From: a virus
Taxonomy: Duplodnaviria > Heunggongvirae > Uroviricota > Caudoviricetes
Reading direction: 5' to 3' (one strand)
Virus record (IMG/VR): IMGVR_UViG_3300043399_000371
Span: 36,285 to 100,284 of that record
Length of the DNA stretch: 64,000 bases
Every line of letters begins with the position of its first letter. The first letter of the stretch is position 1. The notes below the pieces were generated by a model, which ran no database searches, had not been told where the DNA came from, and saw nothing but the letters and a program-made list of their open reading frames with translations. This document shows, one piece after another, positions 45,010-55,509 of the stretch. A program made the position numbers and the translations under genes.

Positions 45010-45660
45010 TCACTCACCCCAAACCACATTACCATTAGAATCCTTTACAACTAATGTTCTGCTTGAACTGTCTAGGAAACCAGATGATTGAACTTTTTTG
45101 GAATATAGAGTTCCTGTATCTGGGTAAAAATAAATTTGTGTGTTTGAAACTTTTACATCAGAAACTGCACCAGTATCAGTATCGATGAATAACATATACT
45201 GAATGCTACTTGATACGGTATCATTGATAATCTGTAATGAAATGTTGTTTGCTTTATCAAATGCTGCTTGTGCTGTGATAACTGCACCATCATATTGATC
45301 AAGAGTAACTTTGTCTAATTGTTGACCAGAAAAATTAATAACACTTGCACTTATATTTGATATGTTTGCATTAGCAGCAAGAATACTTGTTGCGTTTAAA
45401 ATGGAAGTGTTAGAAACATTCGAATAACTAGTATTGCTACTAATAGAGACAACATTAATCGTATTAGCATATAGTTGATTTATATTTGCCGAATTATCGA
45501 CAATCAGTTTTGATCCAGTTCCAGATATTTTTAATATTGTGTTCGATGTGAATGTTGCACCATTACCATCAGTTAATGTGTTTGCAAACTGAATTAATGA
45601 CTGTGTTGCTGTTAGCCATTGTTGAAAAGTATTATTGGATGTTATTTGATTGATGGGCAT
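45010..45660 (-). CDS. fibre/baseplate-associated structural protein
   Basis: MPINQITSNNTFQQW..ATQ N-terminus, Asn/Ser-rich shaft, AFDKAN, NDT...YMLF...TGTL module. Confidence 0.7.
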   Translation of the reverse strand: MPINQITSNNTFQQWLTATQSLIQFANTLTDGNGATFTSNTILKISGTGSKLIVDNSANINQLYANTINVVSISSNTSYSNVSNTSILNATSILAANANISNISASVINFSGQQLDKVTLDQYDGAVITAQAAFDKANNISLQIINDTVSSSIQYMLFIDTDTGAVSDVKVSNTQIYFYPDTGTLYSKKVQSSGFLDSSSRTLVVKDSNGNVVWGE

Positions 45661-45666
45661 TTTTCA

Positions 45667-45876
45667 TTAAACCTTAGTCTGTTGTATAAGCTGATATAAC
45701 ATCGCTTTTATTTCATTCATGTCATTGGTCATTTCATCGACCTTTTTTTCAAGAGTTTCCATTTTTCTTGATTGTTCTTTTTTTCTTTTGTAAGATAGCA
45801 GCGCATCGTTATTTTTATTTATCAATGCGCCACTATCGGTTCTAAAGATTCCGTTTACTGTTGTTGGTTTGTCCAT
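45667..45876 (-). CDS. small hypothetical protein with coiled-coil C-half
   Basis: RTDSGALIN.N...L.SYK..K, then LEKKVDEM..DMNEIKAML. Confidence 0.7.
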   Translation of the reverse strand: MDKPTTVNGIFRTDSGALINKNNDALLSYKRKKEQSRKMETLEKKVDEMTNDMNEIKAMLYQLIQQTKV

Positions 45877-45879
45877 TTT

Positions 45880-48800
45880 TTATTTCTGTAATGCTATTGC
45901 CCTCAAATCACCGACTCTTGGAACAATTGCGCTATCATCACCTAGAATACCAATCTTGATAGAGAATTGTTTGAATCCTGTTAACAAGCTACCAGAAGAT
46001 GTTGTATATTGAACTTCTTGGTTCGGTCCTGTTAACATAGAAGTTGGAATCGAATATGTAAACTCTTTGAAATCACCTTTATTAACTAATGATGAGTAAA
46101 CAGTTTCGTTTCTTGTCATCTCAACCCAAGGTCTTTGATTAAATTCTTGACCATCTTCAACATTCTTAATCTTCATCCAAACTTTGATATCACTATTTGT
46201 TGATGGTGGTAGATATGCGGTAAGCTTAACAAGTAAGTCTTCGGCATCTTGACCATCAGCTAGTGTAACAACTTTTGATATGTATTTATTGATCAAGCTA
46301 CCACCAGAAGATGCTGTTTCTCCTGTTGTATTGCTGTTGATCAAGTTTTGTACGAATACGCAATGTGTAGCAGAAACGTCAACAACTGGTGAAACATAAG
46401 CTGAAGCACTTTGTAATGTTGCCTTAATCAATGAAGAATTGCTTGAAGAGAAATCTTGCAATTCGATTGTTCTTGATTTTAGAGTCTTTTCTTCTGAGAA
46501 CTCAAAGCTAGTATCAGGTGTAAACTGCTGATATGTGCTATATGTGTTTGAAGACAACAAGATGCTACTCATCGAGAATGTGCAAGTTGTTTTTGGCAAC
46601 TGTAATACTCTTGGCTTAAAGTTAACAGTAGAGTGAACGTATTCTTGTATTTCACTTATTGTTGTTATATTTCCAGATGTTGAACCAGCAATAGTTGCAT
46701 TGGCAAAGAAACTTCCATTTGATGATGAAAGGATCATTGTATCATCGCTAGAGTTGTATTTGACAATATTACCTGAACCAGAACTGATTGCAGATATATT
46801 TGCAGTTGCTCCAGATGATGCTGCAATGCTTCCAACATTGAATGAGAAACCATCTGTGTAATAAACACTACCAGAAATTGACAATACGTTTGCGGTATTG
46901 GTTCCCTGAGTAATTGTATTACCCACACTAATTGTTCCACCAGCAATGTTTGTCAATGTTAGTGCTTGACTTGAAACAATAGTCTCACCGAAAACATCGA
47001 ATGAATTTTGTGGTGTGGCTAACTTCAAGAACTCATAAGGTTTATTACCAAATACTGCCTGACCAGTTACTGCTGTATTGAAGTTTGCTCTGTTAAACTT
47101 AACTTTCAAATCAACATCAGGAACAATGCTCCAGTTCAAGTTGTTGTTTGTTGTGAATAAGCTTCCTGTTAGCTGTCTTCCTGTTACTGGTGTGTTTGTA
47201 ATAACATCAGTCTCGCCCAAACGTGATACCCAGAAATATGTGTCTGGATTCAAACCTTCTGTGTGAATAACGAATGCATACTGTGTGTTATTTTGTAAGA
47301 ACACAGGAGATTGGAATTTAACATTATGTGGTGTTGTTCCGTCTGATGTTGTTGTTACTTCGCTAGATCTGTACCAAACTTCACTATAAGGAACTTGTGT
47401 TCTTGTGATTCCGCCATCAGAACTCATCTCACGAATTTCAAACCAAACACCTAATGTTGGATGAACTTGTTGGATGAATACGTCAACAGAGGTTAAGAAT
47501 ACTCCAGCCTCAGTTTCTGGCACTTCAACCTTGAATGAGTATGCCATGCAAGATGGTCCGAAAATTTGGACTTCCTGCTTACCAGAAACAGTTTGTGATT
47601 CGTTAATTGGTCTTGTGATATACTTTGTTTCTCTGGTTGAAAGAATTGTGTTTTGCTTCTGTGCGTAGATACCACTTGCATAGAAATAGTTCTTAGCGTA
47701 TGATGTAGCATCGATTGCATTTGTTGGACTATCTGTAATTATTACTTCTTTGCTTCCAACTCTAAATCTCTTACCTTCTGCTGGCAATCTCAATAGACCA
47801 GCAAGAATTCCGTATGAGTTTGTTTTCCATGCAGCACCTTCAGCTAGGTATGAGACTGTGCCTGAACTGATATCATCACTATCTGCCAATACTCTTGGTG
47901 TGATATAATCAGACATATCTTCACCATCGAAGAATGTGTAATATGTTGTGTTGGCTTTTAGACCACGAACAACAACATTGATTACCTGAGGTCTGATATA
48001 TGGAATTACAGAAACGTCTGTAACATATGTACCAATTTGTTGCTGAATCTTTTCAGTTGTTGCTATTGTCTGAATACCTGTTCGTACTCTTTCTGATGGT
48101 GGAGTAACGATTTCGATATATCCACGATCTGTAGTGTCTGCTGTGTTTAATGTACCAACAGAAGCAGATGCGGCAACAGCATCAGCATAGCTTGTGAAAG
48201 AACCAACTAATTGTGCCCTTGACAAATCTCCGGATCTATCACCATAGTTTCTGGCGTAAACGTTATAGACAGTTTTACCTGTTTGATATGTTTCCCATGA
48301 ACCCCACTCTGTTGTCATTATCTTGTCTGGTGGAATACTATTACCAAACTCGACAACTCTATCTACTGTTGTGGAATCAGTCCAAACGTCAATATCTGGA
48401 CTTAGTGTTATATTACCAACAAATCGGAAAACACTCTGTTCGATATTTCTTATTGTTGTTACTCTTGACTGTTCCAACAATGTGGTTTCTGTATATGGTA
48501 ATGTTACCAAGTTTCCTGTCTTAACAACATTTGTACTCTCGGCACTTGCATATTCGTATGCAAATGATTCCATATCAAAAACTGGTCTGATTACATTTTC
48601 TGCTTTATCAACAGCAATATTGTAATCTGAACTGTATGTTGCGCCTAATGAATGGTCCAAGAAACCATCAACGAAGAAACCATTCTTGAACCTGTCATTA
48701 CCTGATGAGTCTAGAACCATAAGGTCAACAGCACTCTTTTCTAATAGTGAAAGAGCATTGTAGTATTCAAGGTTTTCGATTCTTTGCTTTAGAACACCAA

Positions 48801-51699
48801 TGTCTCTCATTGTGTGTCTAGAATTTGTTATTCTTTTAATAGACACACCTTCAGGTTGTCTGTTGAGAATTCTAGCGTATGTTGTAGCTAATGATGGATA
48901 TGGTGGGATATACAAATTAGCGATGCCCATTACATCATCAGGAACTTGTGGTGTGACAGGGAAGATGTCTGGAACACCACGAATTATTGAGTAGTTTCCT
49001 TGTATGTCAGTTATAACAACATCTCGTCTAGCAAGGTAGTAAGAATAATCGCAAGAAATTTGACTTGCTGGTTTTGGTATTCTCAAACCTTCTGCTGGTG
49101 TGTTGAATGAATTTGTTGTTGCTGGGTTAACACTAGCACCAGAAGGAGTAAATGCGTCACTTGCTGTATTTGTTTTTACTGGTCTGAAATCCAAATACTT
49201 TCTAAGATTAAATGTTTGTCCAGTAACAGGTGATTTATATACTGGAACCTGATATGTGAAAATTGTTGATGTTGATTCTGTGTCATCATCTATTGGGTAC
49301 GAATCAATAGAGAAATAACCGAAACCATTTGTAAAGTCTGGTTTGAAGTAATCCAACTCAACAAGAATTCTATCATTTGTTGTCAGAGCAACTACAGGTA
49401 TTAATTTTGCATGGTCATAAAGATCATCTCTTTGACCATTATCAAAAACGAAGTCATTTGTTACTAATGTGCCTTCAGTATTTGATGTGAAGTTTGTTCC
49501 TGTTTTCTTTCTGATTTGTTTGATTCGGAAAACATCAGAGATACCAAGGTTGATTGGGTCTGTCAATGATGATAAAGTTGCACAGTTTGCTTGTACATAA
49601 ACGCTAGAAATCAAATCTTTCTTGATTTCTTTTGCTGAACTTCTTGTAACATCATATGCTATTGTTGCTGGTACTGTTGTTGGGTAAGTTTCTTTTAGGT
49701 CGAAGCTTAGTATTTTGTTTGATATTGCTGTTACATCTCGTTCAGTACCGGCAACATATCCCTTACCAGTTAGATCAATAATATCTCCGGTTGTGTAAAC
49801 TTTTGATACTGTTTGTGCTGTAAATGATGATGGGAAAGTTGTTGTTATTGTTAGGTTCACATTATTTGCAATTGATGCAATTTTGAATCTTCCAGTAACG
49901 TTGTTGATAGAGATTAGGTCTCCAACGTTTAGATTCAAGAATTGTGTTCCATTTCCAACCAAAACATTTCCACTTATTGTACCATTTGCAGTACCAACTA
50001 GAACATTTGAGAAAGGATTTGCGTTTCTCAAAGTTAGAATCATTGTTCGTTTTTCGATATCGGACAATGATCCAGAAGAACCGTATGAATGTGTTTCGTT
50101 TGATGGTGTAACTTCCAATGAGAATGTACCATCTTGGTTAATTGTAATGTCTGTGCTTCTCTTAAATGTGAATGATGTATCCGAATCAGTATCGTTGTCT
50201 GAACGAACACTTCTGATATAATCAGAACCTAGTGGATACAATAAGGTGCTTTGTAGTGTATCTTGAAGAACTGCATCTCCAGAAGTTAGCACAACGTCAG
50301 CAAAGAATCCATTGTTGTCTGAACTATAGACAGAACGAACATTTGAGAATGTGTTTGATCCTGTCATATTAATATCAAACAAATACAAATCGTATTGGTC
50401 ATTTGTTGAGTATTCTAGGAATTTTACTTTTGCGGTTCCTATTGCCTGACCAATTGGAGTTGTAGAACTGAAAGAGTTTACGTTTGAAACTCTCTGTTCT
50501 GCTTGATTGTATAGGGTTACTGTTTGTGCGGTATCTAGATCCAATGAACCAACAGCTTGAGTTATTGTTATATAATTACCATTTCTTGCACTCAATACTT
50601 CAGAGTTGATTCGTGTGAAGTCTAAACTTTTTTCTGTTTCGATGTATTTTGTAACAAGACTGTCAACCTCATAACCTTTAACATAAGCTAGTCCGGGTTC
50701 TACACCAACTGCCAACAAACTCACATTTCCGCCATTTGATTCTGACAAATATCCTTCATTTGAACCTGTATCAAGATGTTCCCTGACTCTTACACCAAAA
50801 CCTCTTACAACATAATCACCAGATTCGTCATAAGTTCTTTTTGCGAATTCGTCATATATTCTTGAGTATTCAGATCTTTCATATAATTCTGTAACAACAC
50901 CATCTTTGATAATGAATAGTGTTGTGAAATCTGGTGTTGTTGTGTCATCGTTAATATCAAGTTTAGTTAACAATAATGACACTTTTAGACGATCTGCTCC
51001 GGGTGCAGAATAGTTGTATGATCCTAATGCTGGATCTAATAGTGATGTGTCCTGACCAGAAACAATTATTTCTTCTAATGAATCAAATCCAACTTTTGCT
51101 GTTGGTGTTTGACTTGTTGGGCTTAGGATTATTTTCTGTTTTACGAAGCTTACAAAATATCCTTTTGAGAAAACAGTACCATCCTCGATTGTAAATAGAG
51201 AACCTTTTCCTGTTGCTCCTGTTGCTTTTACAGTATATGTTATGGGTTCGACACCTGTTTCTAAACGTAATTGTTCACCACCAACAAAAGTAGATGATGA
51301 TGTGCCAGAAGAAAGATAGCGAATAAGAAGAATGTCTTCTGCTTCGCCCCAAACTGTTTTCGAAGCAAAAGCATGGACATAAGCACGAATTCCAGTTGTA
51401 TTGCCAACAATTATTTTTCCAACGAGACTGTTTAGGTCTGTATTTGTAACTCCACTTGTTTGTGTCAGTCTTATTGTATCAACATCAGTTTCGATATTGA
51501 ATTGACCACCCAATACAATAGCACCTTCTTTGAAAATGTGCTTACCAAAACGTTCTATCTGTTTTTGTAGTGCTGTTTGAAGTTGTGTTAATTCTCTTGC
51601 CTGTACCGCATATCCGGGTTTGAAAAGAACTCTATAAAAGTTCTTTGTCTCATCGAAATCATCGTAGTAAGGATTTAAATTAAAATTTATTGATGACAT
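45880..51699 (-). CDS. giant baseplate/virion structural protein (DUF4815/VrlC-like)
   Basis: NPYYDDFD..KNFYRVLFKPGYAVQARELTQLQ, RTYDESGDY, YTMRDIG.L..RIENLEYY-type motif, DRFKNGFFVD, VPRVGDLRAIAL; 1939 aa after gp8. Confidence 0.85.
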   Translation of the reverse strand: MSSINFNLNPYYDDFDETKNFYRVLFKPGYAVQARELTQLQTALQKQIERFGKHIFKEGAIVLGGQFNIETDVDTIRLTQTSGVTNTDLNSLVGKIIVGNTTGIRAYVHAFASKTVWGEAEDILLIRYLSSGTSSSTFVGGEQLRLETGVEPITYTVKATGATGKGSLFTIEDGTVFSKGYFVSFVKQKIILSPTSQTPTAKVGFDSLEEIIVSGQDTSLLDPALGSYNYSAPGADRLKVSLLLTKLDINDDTTTPDFTTLFIIKDGVVTELYERSEYSRIYDEFAKRTYDESGDYVVRGFGVRVREHLDTGSNEGYLSESNGGNVSLLAVGVEPGLAYVKGYEVDSLVTKYIETEKSLDFTRINSEVLSARNGNYITITQAVGSLDLDTAQTVTLYNQAEQRVSNVNSFSSTTPIGQAIGTAKVKFLEYSTNDQYDLYLFDINMTGSNTFSNVRSVYSSDNNGFFADVVLTSGDAVLQDTLQSTLLYPLGSDYIRSVRSDNDTDSDTSFTFKRSTDITINQDGTFSLEVTPSNETHSYGSSGSLSDIEKRTMILTLRNANPFSNVLVGTANGTISGNVLVGNGTQFLNLNVGDLISINNVTGRFKIASIANNVNLTITTTFPSSFTAQTVSKVYTTGDIIDLTGKGYVAGTERDVTAISNKILSFDLKETYPTTVPATIAYDVTRSSAKEIKKDLISSVYVQANCATLSSLTDPINLGISDVFRIKQIRKKTGTNFTSNTEGTLVTNDFVFDNGQRDDLYDHAKLIPVVALTTNDRILVELDYFKPDFTNGFGYFSIDSYPIDDDTESTSTIFTYQVPVYKSPVTGQTFNLRKYLDFRPVKTNTASDAFTPSGASVNPATTNSFNTPAEGLRIPKPASQISCDYSYYLARRDVVITDIQGNYSIIRGVPDIFPVTPQVPDDVMGIANLYIPPYPSLATTYARILNRQPEGVSIKRITNSRHTMRDIGVLKQRIENLEYYNALSLLEKSAVDLMVLDSSGNDRFKNGFFVDGFLDHSLGATYSSDYNIAVDKAENVIRPVFDMESFAYEYASAESTNVVKTGNLVTLPYTETTLLEQSRVTTIRNIEQSVFRFVGNITLSPDIDVWTDSTTVDRVVEFGNSIPPDKIMTTEWGSWETYQTGKTVYNVYARNYGDRSGDLSRAQLVGSFTSYADAVAASASVGTLNTADTTDRGYIEIVTPPSERVRTGIQTIATTEKIQQQIGTYVTDVSVIPYIRPQVINVVVRGLKANTTYYTFFDGEDMSDYITPRVLADSDDISSGTVSYLAEGAAWKTNSYGILAGLLRLPAEGKRFRVGSKEVIITDSPTNAIDATSYAKNYFYASGIYAQKQNTILSTRETKYITRPINESQTVSGKQEVQIFGPSCMAYSFKVEVPETEAGVFLTSVDVFIQQVHPTLGVWFEIREMSSDGGITRTQVPYSEVWYRSSEVTTTSDGTTPHNVKFQSPVFLQNNTQYAFVIHTEGLNPDTYFWVSRLGETDVITNTPVTGRQLTGSLFTTNNNLNWSIVPDVDLKVKFNRANFNTAVTGQAVFGNKPYEFLKLATPQNSFDVFGETIVSSQALTLTNIAGGTISVGNTITQGTNTANVLSISGSVYYTDGFSFNVGSIAASSGATANISAISSGSGNIVKYNSSDDTMILSSSNGSFFANATIAGSTSGNITTISEIQEYVHSTVNFKPRVLQLPKTTCTFSMSSILLSSNTYSTYQQFTPDTSFEFSEEKTLKSRTIELQDFSSSNSSLIKATLQSASAYVSPVVDVSATHCVFVQNLINSNTTGETASSGGSLINKYISKVVTLADGQDAEDLLVKLTAYLPPSTNSDIKVWMKIKNVEDGQEFNQRPWVEMTRNETVYSSLVNKGDFKEFTYSIPTSMLTGPNQEVQYTTSSGSLLTGFKQFSIKIGILGDDSAIVPRVGDLRAIALQK

Positions 51700-51708
51700 T
51701 TATTGCCC

Positions 51709-53250
51709 TTAACATTTAATAATTATTTTTATTTCTTCTGACTGTCCTTCGGTTCTTTCTATAGCCGAGACATTATTAACATAAATTATGTGACCAGAAT
51801 ATGGTTCAAATCTAGGTAATGTATATGAAACTACTGGTCTTGAAACAGTATTACCTTTCAATAGTGTTCCAATATCTGGTGTGCCTTTAACGTTTGTCAA
51901 TTTCAATATAGTGTCTGTCTGTGAAATTACCAATCCGCTAAAGTTGGAATCTTGTAGTGATACACCTTGGTAAACAAATTCGTTTTGTTCATAAGGCAAA
52001 CCGTCTGCAACAACGACATCAGTAGTCTGTGAAACTATGTTGTTTGTCACATTATATGAAACTTGTATCTCACTATTATATAGGTGTGGAGACATCAACA
52101 TACCATATTGTCTAAATGATATATCTGTTGGAACGACACCACTATCTGTAGAATCTATATCACCGATTCTTTTTACAACAATGACTGCTTTACAAAACAG
52201 TTCCAAGGCTGGAGCAAAACCATGACCGTGCTTTGGTGGTAAAACTGCTCTAACAACAGCATCATTGGAAGTTCCATATAGAATTACATTTGCTCGACTA
52301 TAATCGGAACCAGAAGATAGAATATTTATCTTTTTAATAGTATCATTTTCCAATACTACAGATGCTGTGGCGTCTGTTCCATCACCTTCAATAACAACTC
52401 TGGTTAATGTTGTGAATGTGTTTCCGCTACCTATTGTTGGGTATGATAAAAATACTCTGTTTGTATCTGTATCAATAGATGACACATAAGTTACACCATC
52501 AAGAATTCCATTTCCTGTAACAGACATACCAACAGAAACGTTTGCAATATCTGATGTGACAAGGTAACTTTGACCATTGCTGTAGTTGTATGTGTGTGTC
52601 TTGTGATAGTATCCAGAACCACCATCGTCCACAACGATTAAGTTTATAGCACCATCTATCAAACTTGAAAAGTCCATGTCATAATCAGGAGTATATGTCA
52701 ATGGAATGTTGAATGGTACTGGCATCCAAGTGTTGGTCAAGAACCTATTGCTTGCTTCGATGTTATACATATATTTCCAAACGTAATCGTCTGGGGTTGT
52801 TATGTAACCATTTGATGAAGTATAGTTTCCTGTTGGTTCGATTGTCGAATTTGCTGATGCGTTATTTGATAGACACTTGTATACATTTCCTTCAGAGTTG
52901 ATGACATAAAAAGCCCTAATGTCATTTTCTAAATCTGGTTCTGCCATATCTGATGTATATGACATATCATCAAATTGCTTGTAGGTGACATTATCTTCCC
53001 AATTGTATCTTGGTATGACTAATTCAACATCTCCGGGTTCGATTTGTTTTGCTACAATCATATTGTCCCAGATTGTCTTTTCATCTTTTACAGTATCTGT
53101 TATACTGTCGATGGATTGGACATTTGCATACTCTAAACTTCTACCAATGAATATAAAGCCAACTTCAGTATTACTTCTGTTGGCAAAAATGTCCCTAAAT
53201 CGCTTTGATGCGAAGGTCTTTAATCGTGTTGAAACGTAATTTGTGCTCAT
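51709..53250 (-). CDS. gp8: baseplate wedge subunit
   Basis: FIGRS, IPRYNW, FYVINSEGNVYKCLSN, DDYVWKYMY, FRQYG, IIYVNN...I.R...QSEEIKII. Confidence 0.9.
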   Translation of the reverse strand: MSTNYVSTRLKTFASKRFRDIFANRSNTEVGFIFIGRSLEYANVQSIDSITDTVKDEKTIWDNMIVAKQIEPGDVELVIPRYNWEDNVTYKQFDDMSYTSDMAEPDLENDIRAFYVINSEGNVYKCLSNNASANSTIEPTGNYTSSNGYITTPDDYVWKYMYNIEASNRFLTNTWMPVPFNIPLTYTPDYDMDFSSLIDGAINLIVVDDGGSGYYHKTHTYNYSNGQSYLVTSDIANVSVGMSVTGNGILDGVTYVSSIDTDTNRVFLSYPTIGSGNTFTTLTRVVIEGDGTDATASVVLENDTIKKINILSSGSDYSRANVILYGTSNDAVVRAVLPPKHGHGFAPALELFCKAVIVVKRIGDIDSTDSGVVPTDISFRQYGMLMSPHLYNSEIQVSYNVTNNIVSQTTDVVVADGLPYEQNEFVYQGVSLQDSNFSGLVISQTDTILKLTNVKGTPDIGTLLKGNTVSRPVVSYTLPRFEPYSGHIIYVNNVSAIERTEGQSEEIKIIIKC

Positions 53251-53259
53251 AATTTATAT

Positions 53260-55509
53260 TTATGTGATTATTTTAATTAATTGGTTGTTTGCGTCAGAAG
53301 TAAATGCAACATCGACATTCATGCTTGTTGAAGAATCGACAGTTATAACATTTCTTGTTTCATTATTGATTACTATAACATTTGAACTTACATTGTCAAA
53401 ACCAGTATTAGATCCTGTGATTACAACAGATCCATTTGTCACAGAAACCCTACCAGAGTAACCCAAGGTTATTTCTGTATCCACAATATTGGTCAACTGT
53501 ACATTTGCTTGAGATATCAATGAGTATCTAGCATATGGTTTCAACCCTGCTGGATGTAGCAAATTCTTCAATATTTCTTTATATTTCTTGAATTCTACCT
53601 GTGAAGTTATGACATAAGAGAAGTCTATGAAATAATCTCTTCCCTGTAGGTTGATGTCTCTATTTGACAATTTACCATCTGATGTTGTCCACCTTCCGGG
53701 TATTGTGGTATAGCTTTCACTTAATTGTGCTTCAGCAGTAGCTTGTCCGTTTCCAAAACCACTTAAATGAATAGTTGGGGTGTTTGAGTAATTCAAGCCG
53801 GGATATATGATTTTGATTTTTCTTATTCTACCAGCAACACCATCGGACAATAATGCTAACAATGATTCTCCGTCGCCCATAATTCCTGAAACAGCAAGAG
53901 ATGCTCCTGAACCAGTACCAGAACTTACGGTCAATGTTGGAGGATATTGCATACTGTAACCAATACCACCATCTACAATATGTACCTGTGTGATAGCGCC
54001 ATTATCATCGACCACTCTAACGAAAGCATTAGCACCTTGACCAGAATATGATAGCGTGTTGTTAAAATATATCTGATCCCCGACAGTATAGTTTTGACCA
54101 CCATCCAAAATTGTTATTTCACCAATAATACCCAAATCTTTTAATGTTATGTCACCAGTTACTGTGACTGGTGTTATTTCAAAAGATGGGTTTAATGTTG
54201 ATGTGATTGTGGAAACTGCAACATTAACTGATGTGATTGGACCAAGATCAGTTATGGTTACAGTTTGCAATGTCTCAGATATTATTGCTGTATTTGTGGC
54301 ATTAACGTTTGCTGGAAACCCATATGGATTGTCAATGGCAATATTCAGATATGGGAATATGATATCTGGACTGAAAGATACTGTATTTGATGAATATGTT
54401 CCAGATGAGTCTACTGTCTGAACTGTTGCGGAAAAAGAATTTGTCGCATATCCAACTGCTGTTATATTATTGTTGACTTTAAAACCAACACCACCGTCTG
54501 CAATAATCAGATCTTCGATAAGTCCGCTTGTGACATCATCAATTACAGCAATAGCATCTTCCAATGCATTGCCATAGATTATAATTGGATCTCCGATATT
54601 ATAGCTTGCACCACCATTCAATATAACAATATCTTTAAGGTCAGAATATGGCACACAATTAATGGTTATTAGATTATCACCAGAAACAACAGTAAACTCT
54701 AATACCTCATTCCTTAAGAAATTTCCTACTTTTGTTTTTTCGTTTATGAAAAGTTCGAAGAAAGGAAAATCTCCAAGTTTGCTCTCTGTTATTTTCTCAA
54801 TAATAGAAACTGCATTGGATGTCTTGCCTATTAATCTTCTGCTAACCAATAAAGATGTGTTGAACTTTAAATATGATATTCTTACAACATCACCATTGGT
54901 TAAAGATTCTTGTAGAACTAATTTTTTGGTTTCGACATAATGTAGAAAATTTGTTGTCTCTATTCCATTAATTGTTACTGCTATATCGCTCGTAGCATAT
55001 ACTTCTGGTAAAAAATATGTGGTAGTTGTGCCATCATAGACATACTCAGAATAGAAAATATCTGATACTCTAAGAATATTCTCTATAACCCATCTTCCAT
55101 CTGATGCTCTTAGAATGTTGTCCTTAGGATAATTCAAAGTGACATCAGCATCAAAGAGCATTCGGAACAATAGCTTGAATGACTTTTCAGACCCCTTCTC
55201 AAGATAAAGGGGCATTATATTTTTTATTATTAGATCTTTATTTGCTGCTGTCTCTTTTGGTAGGTATGGAAGAAACGAATTGAAAAAGTGTTCCTCAAAA
55301 GTGTCCAAAGAAACATCAATATCAGAGAGATTTCTTAGAAAATCAATCTTATTTTGAATATCATTTTTTTGACTTACAGAACCAGTAAACTGTTCATTCT
55401 CTAGGAATTCATAATACGCTTCCAAAAACGAAATGAATTTTGGATACTCATCTCGTATGAATCCGGGAACCTGCTTATTTACTAGAAGTGATATCTTTTT
55501 GTCTAACAT
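53260..55509 (-). CDS. gp7: baseplate wedge initiator (gp7-like)
   Basis: QVPGFIRDEYPKFISFLEAYYEFLE, YLEKGSEKSF..LFR.LF, PKDNILRASDGRW, QGRDYF..FSYVI, LLHPAG. Confidence 0.82.
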   Translation of the reverse strand: MLDKKISLLVNKQVPGFIRDEYPKFISFLEAYYEFLENEQFTGSVSQKNDIQNKIDFLRNLSDIDVSLDTFEEHFFNSFLPYLPKETAANKDLIIKNIMPLYLEKGSEKSFKLLFRMLFDADVTLNYPKDNILRASDGRWVIENILRVSDIFYSEYVYDGTTTTYFLPEVYATSDIAVTINGIETTNFLHYVETKKLVLQESLTNGDVVRISYLKFNTSLLVSRRLIGKTSNAVSIIEKITESKLGDFPFFELFINEKTKVGNFLRNEVLEFTVVSGDNLITINCVPYSDLKDIVILNGGASYNIGDPIIIYGNALEDAIAVIDDVTSGLIEDLIIADGGVGFKVNNNITAVGYATNSFSATVQTVDSSGTYSSNTVSFSPDIIFPYLNIAIDNPYGFPANVNATNTAIISETLQTVTITDLGPITSVNVAVSTITSTLNPSFEITPVTVTGDITLKDLGIIGEITILDGGQNYTVGDQIYFNNTLSYSGQGANAFVRVVDDNGAITQVHIVDGGIGYSMQYPPTLTVSSGTGSGASLAVSGIMGDGESLLALLSDGVAGRIRKIKIIYPGLNYSNTPTIHLSGFGNGQATAEAQLSESYTTIPGRWTTSDGKLSNRDINLQGRDYFIDFSYVITSQVEFKKYKEILKNLLHPAGLKPYARYSLISQANVQLTNIVDTEITLGYSGRVSVTNGSVVITGSNTGFDNVSSNVIVINNETRNVITVDSSTSMNVDVAFTSDANNQLIKIIT

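Noticed and set aside
36709-45011. Treating every NATAAATA as a proven late promoter
   Set aside because: The 7-mer arises often by chance in AT-rich DNA. Only copies just upstream of starts were used, and non-TATAAATA variants are supporting evidence only.
44805-45093. Duplicated 84-bp C-terminal segment as a possible DGR TR/VR pair
   Set aside because: Differences are mostly synonymous third-position changes, not adenine-specific.
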